Positions 24,350 through 36,330 of a stretch of 64,000 nucleotides of DNA are shown piece by piece; within the stretch, counting starts at the first letter, position 1; the number at the start of each line of letters is the position of its first letter. The position numbers were made by a program, and so were the translations under genes. The stretch lies in assembly GCF_011386835.1 (NCBI RefSeq), contig NC_088797.1, positions 40,858,001 to 40,922,000 of the forward strand, in the 5' to 3' direction. This stretch comes from Chrysemys picta bellii (Eukaryota). The notes under the pieces were generated by a model. The model was not told the DNA's origin. It saw only the letters and a program-made list of their open reading frames with translations, and searched no databases.

Positions 24350-25203
24350 TGTGATGGGGCAGTCCCGCCCCGCACTAGCCCCAGCGACGTCAGACCAGTA
24401 GCTCTGCCAGAGGAAGTCCCGTTCGTACTGGGCATGCTCCAGATGCTCACTGAGTATAAAAGGAGGGACCTCAGCTCAGTCGGGGCTGGCGGCCGCAGGG
24501 GAAGGACCTAACTGGGAAGCTCCTGCAGAGGACCAGCCGACGCTCTTGAAGCTGCCAGGAACAGGGGCTTCTACAGGCCGGCACAAACCCTTACTACGGG
24601 AGGAACCAGAGGAGGCGACGGATCCGGAGACTCACAGAGAACCCTGGGATCCGTGAGAGACCCCAACTCCCAAGCTGGTAGGGAGCGACCCGAGGGAGGT
24701 GATGGACTGGTACCTTGACCCCGGTAAGCCTCAGCGTGTTTCAGTAGGACCCCCTCGCTGAGCCAGTAGTAAGGTCCTACGGCCCTGCAACCCGGGGCAG
24801 TTATATGGACTTCGGCCACTAGGCCGTGCTGCCCTGCAACCAGGGGCGCTTACATGGACTTGGGCCATTAGGCCGTGCTGCCCTGCAACCAGGGGCGCTT
24901 ACATGGACTTGGGCCACTAGGCCGTGCTGCCCTGCAACCAGGGGCGCTTACATGGACTTGGGCCACTAGGCCGTGCTGCCCTGCAACCAGGGGCGCTTAC
25001 ATGGACTTGGGCCACTAGGCCGTGCTGCCCTGCAACCAGGGGCGCTTTCATGGACTTGGGCCACTAGGCCGTGCTGCCCTGCAACCAGGGGCGCTTTCAT
25101 GGACTTGGGCCACTAGGCCGTGCTGCCCTGCAACTAGGGGCGGTTATATGGACTCTGGCCACTAGGCTGTGCTACCCTGTAAGGAGGGGCGTAAACCCTC
25201 ACC
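24350..25203 (+). repeat. 3' LTR (~854 bp)
   Basis: Starts TGTGAT and ends GTAAACCCTCAC(C); homologous to the 5' LTR with a longer tandem array. Confidence 0.93.
24783..25179 (+). repeat. 49-bp tandem array in 3' LTR (8 units)
   Basis: CCCTG anchors at 24783, 24832, 24881, 24930, 24979, 25028, 25077, 25126 and 25175. Unit: GGCCGTGCTGCCCTGCAACCAGGGGCGCTTACATGGACTTGGGCCACTA. Confidence 0.95.
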
Positions 25204-25636
25204 CCCCCCTCTGAAGCTCTTACTGCTTGTATCTTTGCACAAGTTTCCAACATTTCTATTCTCCCTCCTAGAATTTACCATGTCTCAAAATTTGCTCGGA
25301 TGCAAATCATGCTGCTAGAGCAGCCCTGCCTAGGATGCTCTCCTCCTGAGCCAGCATGCAATTCAAGAGATGTGCCTGCCTCATTCCCCTTCCGCTGGCC
25401 CAGGAAAGGAACCGTCTCTCAGTGTTTGACACAAAGCCCGCCTCCGGGCATAATTTGTTCATCTATACCAGTCCAGTAGTTCCCCCCAAACCCTCAGAAT
25501 AAAACCATTCTTGACAAAGCCACAGTAAACATATAAAGGTACAATAGGTTTTTCTCATTCCCATCTCCAGGGACATCACCCCCAGCTCACCCATCCTGGA
25601 ATCTACAGCAGCACTGTGTTGTCAGGTCCTTTGGCT

Positions 25637-27956
25637 CCTACTAGGGGCAGAGCTTTTCTTGACCTGCTGCTCACAAACAGGGAAGAATTAGTAGGGGAAG
25701 CAAAAGTGGATGGGAACCTGGGAGGCAGTGACCATGAGATGGTCGAGTTCAGGATCCTGACACAAGGAAGAAAGGAGAGCAGTAGAATACGGACCCTGGA
25801 CTTCAGAAAAGCAGACTTTGACTCCCTCAGGGAACAGATGGGCAGGATCCCCTGGGAGAATAACATGAAGGGCAAAGGGGTCCAGGAGAGCTAGCTGTAT
25901 TTTAAAGAATCCTTATTGCGGTTGCAGGAACAAACCATCCCGATGTGTAGAAAGAATAGTAAATATGGCAGGCGACCAGCTTGGCTAAACAGTGAAATCC
26001 TTGCTGATCTTAAACGCAAAAAAGAAGCTTACAAGAAGTGGAAGATTGGACAAATGACCAGGGAGGAGTATAAAAATATTGCTCAGGCATGCAGGAGTGA
26101 AATCAGGAAGGCCAAATCACACTTTGAGTTGCAGCTAGCAAGAGATGTTAAGAATAACAAGAAGGGTTTCTTCAGGTATGTTAGCAACAAGAAGAAAGTC
26201 AAGGAAAGTGTGGGCCCCTTACTGAATGAGGGAGGCAACCTAGTGACCGAGGATGTGGAAAAAGCTAATGTACTCAATTATTTTTTTGCCTCTGTCTTCA
26301 CAAACAAGGTCAGCTCCCAGACTACTGCACTGAGCAGCACAGTATGGGGAGAAGGTGACCAGCCCTCTGTGGAGAAAGAAGTGGTTCGGGACTATTTAGA
26401 AAAACTGGATGTGCACAAGTCCATGGGGCCAGATGCGCTGCATCTGTGGGTGCTAAAGGAGTTGGCGGATGAGATTGCAGAGCCATTAGCCATTATTTTT
26501 GAAAACTCATGGTGATCGGGGGAGGTCCCGGATGACTGGAAAAAGGCTAATGTAGTGCCCATCTTTAAAAAAGGGAAGGAGGAGGATCCGGGGAACTACA
26601 GGCCAGTCAGCCTCACCTCAATCCCTGGAAAAATCATGGAGCAGGTCCTCAAGGAATCAATTATGAAACACTTAAAGGAGAGGAAAGTGATCAGGAACAG
26701 TCAGCATGGATTCACCAAGGGCAAGTCATGCCTGACTAACCTAATTGCCTTCTATGATGAGATAACTGGCTCTGTGGATGAGGGGAAAGCAGTGGATGTG
26801 TTATTCCTTGACTTTAGCAAAGCTTTTGATACGGTCTCCCACAGTATTCTTGCCGCCAAGTTAAAGAAGTATGGGCTGGATGAATGGACTGTAAGGTGGA
26901 TAGAATGCTGGCTAGATCGTCGGGCTCAACGGGTAGTGATCAATGGCTCCATGTCTAGTTGTCAGCCGGTTTCAAGTGGAGTGCCCCAAGGGTCGGTCCT
27001 GGGGCTGGTTTTGTTCAATATCTTTATTAATGATCTGGAGGATGGTGTGGACTGTACTCTCAGCAAGTTTGCAGATGACATTAAACTGGGAGGCATGGTA
27101 GATACACTAGAGGGTAGGGATCGGATACAGAGGGACCTAGACAAATTAGAGGATTGGGCCAAAAAAACCTGATGAGGTTCAACAAGGACAAGTGCAGAGT
27201 CCTGCACTTAGGACGGAAGAATCCCATGCACTGCTACAGACTAGGGACCGAATGGCTGGGTAGCAGTTCTGCAGAAAAGGACCTAGTGGACGAGAAGCTG
27301 GATATGAGTCAACAGTGTGCACTTGTTGCCAAGAAGGCTAACGGCATTTTGGGCTGTATAAGTAGGGGCATTGCCAGCAGATCGAGGAACGTGATCGTTC
27401 CCCTTTACTCGACATTGGTGAGGCCTCATCTGGAATACTGTGTCCAGTTTTGGGCCCCACACTACAAGAAGGATGTGGAAAAATTGGAAAGAGTCCAGCG
27501 GAGGGCAACAAAAATGATTAGGGGTCTGGAGCACATGGCTTATGAGGAGAGGCTGAGGGAACTGGGATTGTTTAGCCTCCAGAAGAGAAGAATGAGGGGG
27601 GATTTGATAGCTGCTTTCAACTACCTGAGCGGGGGTTCCAAAGAGGATGGAGCTCGGCTGTTCTCAGTGGTGGCAAATGACAGAACAAGGAGCAATGGTC
27701 TAAGTTGCAGTGGGGGAGGTCTAGGTTGGATATTAGGAAAAACTTTTTCACTAGGAGGGTGGTGAAGCACTGGAATGCGTTACCTAGGGAGGTGGTGGAG
27801 TCTCCTTCTTTGGAGGTTTTTAAGGCCCGGCTTGACAAAGCCCTGGCTGGGATGATTTAGTTGGGAATTGGTCCTGCTTTGAGCAGGGGGTTGGACTAGA
27901 TGACCTCCTGAGGTCCCTTCCAACCCTGATATTCTATGATTCTAGGATTCTATGAT
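25637..27956 (+). mobile_element. 5'-truncated CR1 LINE (end of endonuclease, linker, RT, 3' UTR)
   Basis: [41 protein letters not shown]. Two in-frame stops (25892, 26513), frameshifts near 27165 and 27700, and an (ATTCTATG)-type tail at 27931-27956. Confidence 0.97.
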
Positions 27957-28547
27957 CCAGGGCCTCACTCTCTAGGACTCCCTGCCTGACAGTGACCAGT
28001 CTTCTTACAGCCCTTTACTGGAGTCTTTGCCCTGAGGGCTCCACCCCTACTGCTTTCATTCCTCTAGGTCCCTGTCTGGGAATCCTACCCCTGCTGAGGG
28101 GGATTTGCTCTCTGCAACAACCCTCTTGCTTCTAGGCTCAGCTTGCCCTGGCGAAGCCAGACCGTCTCTTTTTCCAAGGGGCCCCTGCCTGAGATTCCCA
28201 CTTGTCAGGGGTTCCCAGCTTTGGTCAGCTCTGACCAACAGCTTTCCTCCAAGTGCCTCTCGGGTGGTGCACAGTTACTGCTCTCCTTCCAAACTCTCTC
28301 CCCAGCAACTCCTGCCAGTTCTTCTTTGCTGCTTTCCTGCCTTTCTCCAAGTCCTCCCAGGCACTGACTCTCTGGGTATCAGGCAGCTTTCACCTACCCA
28401 TCTCCTGCTTCTCACAGGCTTTGACTCACCCAGTCACCTCCTCTCTGTGGCCCAGGTGTCATCTCCTAAGCCCAACTGGGAGTCAACTGACTAGTCATAC
28501 GTACACTGGCCTCTTCCCTCTTAAAGAGCCAGTGTCACCCTGTGACC
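27957..28547 (-). mobile_element. Possible degenerate solo LTR (minus strand) interrupted by the CR1; short remainder at ~25620-25636
   Basis: The minus strand starts GTCACAGGGTGACACTGGCTCTTTAAG and would end CCTGACA at 25620, giving LTR-like termini and composition. No TSD found. Confidence 0.3.
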
Positions 28548-28596
28548 ACTCCCAGGGAGGCAAAGAATACAGGAAATACAAGAAATTAGTCAAATA

Positions 28597-29000
28597 GAGT
28601 AGAACCTCAGAGTTATGAACCCCAGAGTTACAAACTGATCAGTCAACCATACACCTCATCAGGAACTGGAAGTACACAATCAGGCAGCAGCAGAGACAAA
28701 AGAAAAAAGAAAAAGCAACTATGGTATAGTACTGTGTAAACTACTAAAAAAAATAAAGGGAAAGTTAAAAAAAAGATTTGACAAGATAAGGAAGCCTTCT
28801 GTGCTTGTTTCATTTAAATTAAGATGGTTAAAATCAGCATTTTTCTTCCACATATTGAAGATTTGAAGCTGTATTTAGTAAATGTCACTTGTGAACTTTT
28901 GAAAGAACAAATGTTTGGTAATGTTTGGTTCAGAGTTATGAACATTTCAGAGTTATGAACAACCTCCATTCCCGATGTGTTGGTAACTTTGAGGTTACCA
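28597..29000. mobile_element. Tigger-like MITE (same family as 30716-31120)
   Basis: TA|GAGTAGAACCTCAGAGTTATGAAC start, degenerate right end, collinear similarity to 30716-31120. Confidence 0.75.
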
Positions 29001-30715
29001 TTTTTTTTCCATTTAAGTCTTTGAAAAATTGGCTGCATAAAGATATGCAATCAGCATCAAGGCAGTAAATCAGCAAAGGTGTAGCTGACTCTGTCAGTGT
29101 TAGAGGGCTCATACATTTTCAGGTGGGTGACCTCTTTTCAAACCATGCTTCCAAGGAGTTATGTCCACCCTTTTCTTCAGAACTAAGGATCTTTTCTTAC
29201 CACTTCAAAGGATGTGTTCAGTAAAAGGTTGATCAATTTCTTCTTTATTGTGCAAGTGTCTCTCTTTTAATATCCTGGGTGATTAAGCACTGCAGCAACT
29301 GGATATTTTGGAGGGGATCTCCCCTTTAAAAACTTAATTTTAAAGCATAGAGGATTTTAAGTCCTTCCCATCAGTACTCTCTCTTTGTAGGCAAGGAGGG
29401 GGTTGAGAATACATTCCAATCAATTGTTCTTCACTTGTCAAGCTAGGATCCACTCATGCCCCATTGCTAACCCTGGCAGCATATGGTGAGTCCTCAGAGA
29501 CAGGAAATTTGTAGGCATAGAGGTGCCATCATCAAGAGTATCAGCATGGCTAAATATATACAAATGCAGTTTTACAGTCTGCTGCCCATGAATCCAAGCA
29601 GTTGCCATACAAACAGAGACTCTTTTTCTTTCTGGTAAACATTATATAAAAGGTGCATGACCTTTCTTACACTGTTTCTTGCTAAAACCAAACAGACCCA
29701 TTCCTATAGTCATCTGGAAATACATATTAAAATGTAACATTATTCATTTACTCCCACCTTTAAAGCTAGAAGATAAAAGCAAATAACAGAATTATCATTA
29801 AAACATATCTCACATTCAGCCTCAAGATGGCAATGCAATTTTAATAGTTGCTTGCTTCCAATGCTGAGAGTTGAATCTCATCAGGTATTTTTCCACTGCT
29901 AGAGATAAATATCAAGAATGGTGTTATTGCTGTAGATATTGTAGCTAAAAACATGGAAGCATTTAAAAATCTGGAAGTTAACAGCTAAAGGAAGGTAGAT
30001 AAATACTAAACTATCCTCCCAGTTTGTACAATACATGATTTATTCCAATAGCATAATAGCTCTGTACATCTACACAAGATCCTAAAACCTGTCATATACT
30101 CTCACTATAACGAGAATAATTAGATAACAAGCACTAACAACTTTGCTGCATCATCTTTTCTTTAAGCATTGCTTGTGCAGAAGTTTTTAGCTATATGGAC
30201 GCTTGAAGAAGTAATGATATGCTATTTTTGATAGAGGGAGAGGATAAAGTTTTTTATCAGGATAATAAGATAATAACCTGAAACTCAAAAACAATTGGAC
30301 CAATTTCCGAATGAAGCACCGGAGTTTCAAAGTAAAAACATCATGCTTATCTTTCACTTATATTTATGCCAAATGTGCTGCCACTTGAACATTTGCTTTG
30401 CCTGAAGAGTAAGGTATTATTCTTATTTATGACTGTTCACTGAGCACCAAAACATATAGCTAAATAAAGATATGGTCCCAGCTCTGCACAGTAGGGACAC
30501 GGGCGACAAATGGGACAAACATGAGATCATGAGTTATCTTTGTACTACATCACACATCTGGTTGCAGGTTTTGTTAAGGTTGTGTGTGCACGTGCATGTT
30601 ATGGTTACTTTGGTATTAGTTAATTGCTGTGAACTCGTATCTTGGTGGTTACATTTTATATACCAGGTGGTTGTGTGTGCCCATATGAATATACGTGTAC
30701 ACATGTAGATATATA

Positions 30716-31120
30716 CAGCAGAACCTCAGAGTTACGAACAACAGAATTACAAACTGACCAGTCAACCACACACCTCATTTGGAACCGAAAGTATGCAATC
30801 AGGCAGCAGATACGAAAAAAAAAAAAAAAAAAAAAAGAAGCAAATACTGTATAGTACATTACTGTGTTAAACATAAACTACTACTAAAAATATAAGGGGA
30901 AAATTTTTAAAAAATTTGACGAGATAAGAAAACTGCTTCTGTGAATGTTTCATTTAAATTAAGATGATTAAAAGCACCATTTTCTTCTGCACAGTAAAGT
31001 TTGAAAGCTGCATTAAGTGATTGTTCAGTTGTAAACTTTTGAAAGAGCCACCATAACGTTCTGTTCAGAGTTACGAAAAACCTCCATTCCCATGGGGTTC
31101 ATAACTCTGAGGTTCTGCTG
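30716..31120. mobile_element. Tigger-like MITE
   Basis: TIRs CAGCAGAACCTCAGAGTTA / TAACTCTGAGGTTCTGCTG with TA on both sides; internal A run at 30816-30837. Confidence 0.88.
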
Positions 31121-33140
31121 TATTCACTTACATATACATACACACATGTTGTGAATAATATTTTTAACTTGTGAATATATTTTTACATATTCCCTCCAAC
31201 CCACCCAAATATTTATTATGATTTTTTTTTAAATTTCCGGACTACGTGACTTTCCCCTTCTCTTTCCTTCCTGTCAATGCCTCCCTCCATACTCTAGACT
31301 TTTCTGTCAATCTCACTTTCTGATATCACCAAGTACAGTCCTTCTGGGTCAGCCCCACCACTAGGCTCCCAGACACACTTTACAACAAATAATCCACTTG
31401 CTATTCACTGTTGTTGTACCATCCATCCGTTTTACCTGTCTGCTTTGCATTCCTATGTCTTCCTTGTTCATTCTGCTGCTCTTTACAGAGTATGAGAAGG
31501 TGTGGAGGCTTTGATGCTCTGCTCTTCAGAAGGTCCATGGAGCAGAGCAGCAGTGGGGCAGAGAGAAATACCAATGGAAGTCAACTGGGGGCGTTGGGAG
31601 CTATTGGCCCCCTTCTCCTCACCACATGGCCCCCTCCTATCAAACAAGAGACTGAGCTGATGGCCGTTCATTCTATAAACACCTCTGTTTTATTGCAAGA
31701 TCTATAACTTCCCACCACTCAAGAAGCATCAAATGAATTTTAAAATTCATTCTAGCTGCATTGAGACAGTTCAGGTGCTGTAGATGTATCTAAGCTGACA
31801 CCTGTCCTCTTCCTAAAGACTTTGCCCTGCCATTCATTTATTTTCATATGCATGACATTTACATGTATTTAAATGCGAGGGAGATTACAAACTGCATTCC
31901 CTCCTCATGGACAAGTATAGCAATGCACGATACACTCCCAAATTAAGGGTTAATTACATTTGTTCAGCGTTGTAGGACGCATTTATTGTTCAGAGACGGT
32001 TATGTGACTCTAGATATGCTGACATATTCCTCCCTAAAGATACTGTTCTCAGCTAATTTCTATAATGAATATTTTCATTAAAAATAATAATAGCAATTAG
32101 AACGAATAAAACAGCAGGTGGACAGCCAGTAATTAACATACAAGCATACAGTAAACAAGTGGTGTTTGTTTTTCTCTGTCTCTCTTATTTTAGGAATCAT
32201 CAGCTTTAGTGCTAATGTAAATTGCTAGTGTAAGATGTGTGTCACAAGATAAAGGACCAAATGGAGCTAGGAAATCGTGAGTTCTAATCCCAGCACTGAC
32301 ACTAATGCCCCCCATGGCCTAATTTTTCAAAAGTGGCTAGTGATTTTCAGTGGCCAAACTGAGATTATTTAAAGGGACCTGATTCTCAGAGGGTGGGTGT
32401 TGAGCTTCAGACTTCAAGGGGACTACTCCTGGCGCTTAAAGTTAAGTGCATGAGGTCCAGAGTGCTCAGTATCATGTTGGCCTGCACCCTACACCCTTTT
32501 CTACTTCAGCTAGAACTCCTCCTTGCAATTCTTGTCCATAACAGTTCTAGAGTCAGAACACATGTGGATGGTCACCAATACACATTTTGTTACTGATGCC
32601 TTTATATATAGGAGATACAGAGTTTTTTAAAAAAGTTTTAGACTCTGATCTACTGCTTCTCAAAACAAAGGCTTCACTGAAGTACCAATTCTTGTTCAAT
32701 ATAGCAGTGCCTACACTTTCATTTAATTACACATACCCGGCCCATGAAGCACAGTTTACTATATAACGGAAAGAAAAATTAATGGGAAGAGTATCATTTT
32801 GTGCCTATTAAGGCATTCAGTCTATCATTATTGTCAGTGATCACTGTCCAAATATAACAGTACGCGTTTGGCAACTTAATGGCTCTTGGGATCTGTAATG
32901 GACTGCAAAAATTTTGGCCAGGGTTGCCAGCCACTACTAGAAGCAGTAACCAAAGTTGTCTGACAGCTGGTGGAATGAGCTGGTGGTCTCAGTCCAGTTC
33001 CCCATGTCCATGTCTATAGCCTCTACCACAGTTGTCACCTTTTCTGGCAGATTCAGCAGAGAGTTTTTGGACCTAATCAATAAAACAGACCAAACTACCC
33101 TCTTCTTTCCTAGAAGCAACCCCTCCAACACAAGAATTAA

Positions 33141-33421
33141 GGGCTTGTCTACAGTTAAAACGCTATAGTGGCACAGCTGCACCACTGTAGCGTTTCAGCG
33201 TAGACACTAATTACCCTGACAGGAGGGGATTCTACCATCGGCAAAGGTAATCCACCTCCCCAAGAGGCAGCAGCTACGTCTACAGAAGAATTCTTTTGTC
33301 AACCTAGCGCTATCTACATGGGGATTTAGGTTGATCTAATTACGCTGTTCAGGGTGTGGATTTTTCATACCCTTGACCACTGTAGTTAAACCAACCTAAT
33401 TTTCTAGTGTAAGCCAGGTCT
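33141..33421. mobile_element. PIF/Harbinger-like MITE
   Basis: TAA|GGGCTTGTCTACA ... TAGTGTAAGCCAGG; collinear with 61008-61279. Confidence 0.6.
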
Positions 33422-34095
33422 CAGACACATTAGCAGGAGAGTGTGAAGCAGTTTGTACTCCTGCTACCTAGGCTGTTAATAGAGAACTGACATCCCCAGG
33501 GCTTTCACCGCAGCCCTTCGCACTGGCACTCAAAATTCATCTTACAGGTGTTTATTTAATCAGAAGCTGAAGCTATTTGAAACCTGAGATAGAGACCTCC
33601 CCTCCCACACCTTTACTACAGCCATTTAGATCAAGCTCCAGCACTATTCCATGGGACGGAGAACCCATATTTTGGATCTGTTACAAGCTCTGCTGTTTAC
33701 ATCCGCTTCTCTCTTTCTAAAGGGAGCTGGACAACAAAGCCAAGGAATGCTCAGGTACAACTGATAATTAAATGCCTATACATTTCAATAATGAAGAGTT
33801 AACATTGCCCCGTGCTGGCTAGTGGCCTTCCGAGATGTGGAGAGTGGCTAAACTTACACCTCTGAAAACCAGGAAATACAGAGTTAAGCTACATGCCACC
33901 CTCCCCACAATGCAATCTGGCAATAGCCACTGGGAATGGTTCAGTAAGGGAGAGGAGATGCCATGATAAATAGACAGGAGGAAGTTCAGAGGGTATGTGC
34001 TGTTGCTTGAGTCGTGCTCCACAGATTTGAATTCCATCATTTATCTGCATGCACTCCAGCTGTGCTCATTGTGTTAGGTGCAGCTGTACTGAATG

Positions 34096-34281
34096 CAGGG
34101 CCAGCTCTAGGCACCAGCAAACCAAGCACGTGCTTGGGGCGGCACAATTTCAGGGGTAACATTCCGGACACTTTGGCAGTTGTGCTCCCGGAGGTTTTTT
34201 TGTTTTGTTTTTGCTTCAGCAGTTGTGCTCCCGGAGGTTTTTTTTTTGCTTGGGGCAGCAAAAAACCTAGAGCCGGCCCTG
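34096..34281. mobile_element. hAT MITE
   Basis: TIRs CAGGGCCAGCTCTAGG / CCTAGAGCCGGCCCTG; perfect 8-bp TSD ACTGAATG; internal ~24-bp duplication CAGTTGTGCTCCCGGAGGTTTTTT. Confidence 0.92.
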
Positions 34282-35054
34282 ACTGAATGGTGGAGGGATT
34301 AGATGGAGCAGCTTGGCAGAGCAGTGACTGTAATACGAGGCAAGATGCATTTGTACCTTGTGTCAAGTGTGTGTCATTTCAGCACTGAGTTTTGTAGGTC
34401 ATCTCCACAGAGGTGTAGACAAGTGTTCTCTCGCCATGGGGATTGTCAGCCATCAGGTGGCATACAGGACAGTGGTCTCCAGGGCTTAGTGACGGCAATG
34501 TCTCAGAAGGCATCTGTAAGGGTAGAGTGCCAGTGTGTGTATAACTGGCATACTGGGGATTGCTCAAAGAGGACAGAGTTAAGGTTGCGATGTGGGGGGT
34601 GGCTTGTACCTTAACGTGTCATTTCCTGGTTTTCAGCAATGTAAGTTTAGCCACTCTACATCCTGGAAGACCACTAGCCACCACTGGGCAACCTTCACTC
34701 TGTGTTAATTAAGTTTCTGAGCCCTTAATTTCCTTGCTATTTAGAAAAAGAATTCTCAGCACCCCCATTTTCCACAGCCCAACTCCCACTCTTCTGCCTC
34801 TGACTCCTTGGCAACAATTTAGCTAGCTGCAGAATGCACTGGCTGCACATTATCCTGCCCCTTCATCATCTCCTCATCTCCCATCTCTCTGTGCAGCACA
34901 GCTTGCTTCTCCCTCCCCAACCATCCTCTGCACAGAGAGGCAGGCATCAGCATGAGACCTGCAGGTAGAGGAGCGGGGTAGAGGATGCAGGAACAGTGCA
35001 GGGATTAGCATGGAGACATTTTGTGAAATGGGGGACAGATGTGGGAGGAGGCAT

Positions 35055-35200
35055 GAGAGGAAGGATGGCTCAGTGGTTAGTGCCTGGGACTTGGGAGACC
35101 TGGGTTCAATTCCCTGCTCCATGATTGACTTCCTGTGTCACCTTGGACAAGTCACTTAGCCCTTCTTGCCCCAGTTTCCCATCAGTAAAATGGGAATGGA
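35055..35200 (+). mobile_element. MIR/CORE-type SINE
   Basis: A box TGGCTCAGTGG, B box GGTTCAATTCC, then ACCTTGGACAAGTCACTT..CAGTTTCCCATCAGTAAAATGGG. Confidence 0.75.
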
Positions 35201-36049
35201 CCGTCCTAATTTCCTAGCACAGACCAGGCCTCAGAGATGTAAAGTGGTCCATTCATTTGTTTCAATGAGATGTTCTCAGCTAAATGAGAAAACCCATGGA
35301 AATGAATGCTGCCTGAAGCAATACCTCTGAGAGGTGTGACCTGCTCCATTAATCTCAGTGGATATTCTCATCCTTCCCTTCCCAGTCCCCTGTGATATAT
35401 GTCAGACATGCCCATTCTCAGCTCCTCAGCACAGTGTTCTTGGAGTATGTGCCAAGCATATCTGTTCTCAGGTCCCCATCCTGATTGGCAGGACTCCCCA
35501 GATCATAGCACACAGGACCCAGGAAGAGGGACTTAGACTACTCTCCTCCAAGGGTCAGCCCTTCCTGCAAGATTCCAGCTCACATGGGGGATAGAGAGAG
35601 GGGCTCAGACCGCCCCTCCAAGAGAAGCAGGGCTCCCAAGATCTTGATACACACTCAGGGATCAGGGAGAAGGGCTCATCAGAGCCCCAAATATCCCAGC
35701 ACAAATGTGGGAGGTGATAATGTGGGGCGGATAGGCCCTTGTGCTCCCCAGCTCAGCCAGCCATTCACCCCATATTCCCCTGCCCAGTACCTCACCCTTC
35801 TTCCCTCGCCGTAATCTCCCCTTGCCATAGCGGCAAACCTCTTCTTCTATTTCTCCCACTTCTCCACCCCCTAATCCTCCCTCCCCTCTCTGCACCCTCA
35901 TAACCCCCACACTCCCAGCACTGCTCCCACCTACCCCCCACCTGGCCCCTCACTGCTCCCATCCCCACATATTCCCTAGCTCTGCATCAAACAAGTTATA
36001 AGAATCTAAAAAAGTTCTGAGCCCCTCACGCTAGGGGGCTGCCTATCAG

Positions 36050-36330
36050 GAATGCCTTGCCTATAAGCACACTCAGGTCCATTGTTCAGGAAACACAATT
36101 ACATTATCCTAATTTTTTCATCTTCCCTCTAGTTAATCAATGCTAGTTGATTAATCCATGTTTTGCGCTTGTCTTTACTAAATTTAATCTTTTAGACCAA
36201 TTCTTCAATTTATCAAGATCATTCTGAATTCTAAGCCTATCCTCCAAAGTGCTTGCAACTCCTGCCAGCTTCATGTCCTCTGCAAATTTTACAAGCATAC
36301 CCTCCGCTCTCTCATCCAAGTAATTAATGA
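36050..36330 (-). mobile_element. CR1 RT fragment
   Basis: The minus strand translates to FINYLDERAEGMLVKFAEDMKLAGVASTLEDRLRIQNDLDKLKNW. Confidence 0.8.

Larger units (their letters stand above)
19311..25203 (+). mobile_element. Full-length decayed Gmr1-type Ty3/Gypsy LTR retrotransposon (gag-PR-INT-RT-RH)
   Basis: Two homologous LTRs, PBS, PPT and all pol domains, with INT upstream of RT. At least 6 frame changes or stops. Possible TSD CCCCT (19306-19310; right copy blurred by a C run at 25202-25210). Confidence 0.96.

Noticed and set aside
24783-25179. Regularly spaced hairpin repeats resembling a CRISPR array
   Set aside because: The intervening sequences are near-identical rather than unique spacers, there are no cas genes, and the array lies inside eukaryotic LTRs.
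19311-25203. Copia assignment because INT precedes RT; or an endogenous retrovirus
   Set aside because: RT, RH and INT motifs are Ty3/Gypsy type (LDLTKGYWQ, MPFGL, GPY), and there is no env-like ORF or room for one.
35055-35130. tRNA gene-like A/B boxes (also at 7227 and 14560)
   Set aside because: No complete cloverleaf; they continue into SINE or repeat bodies.
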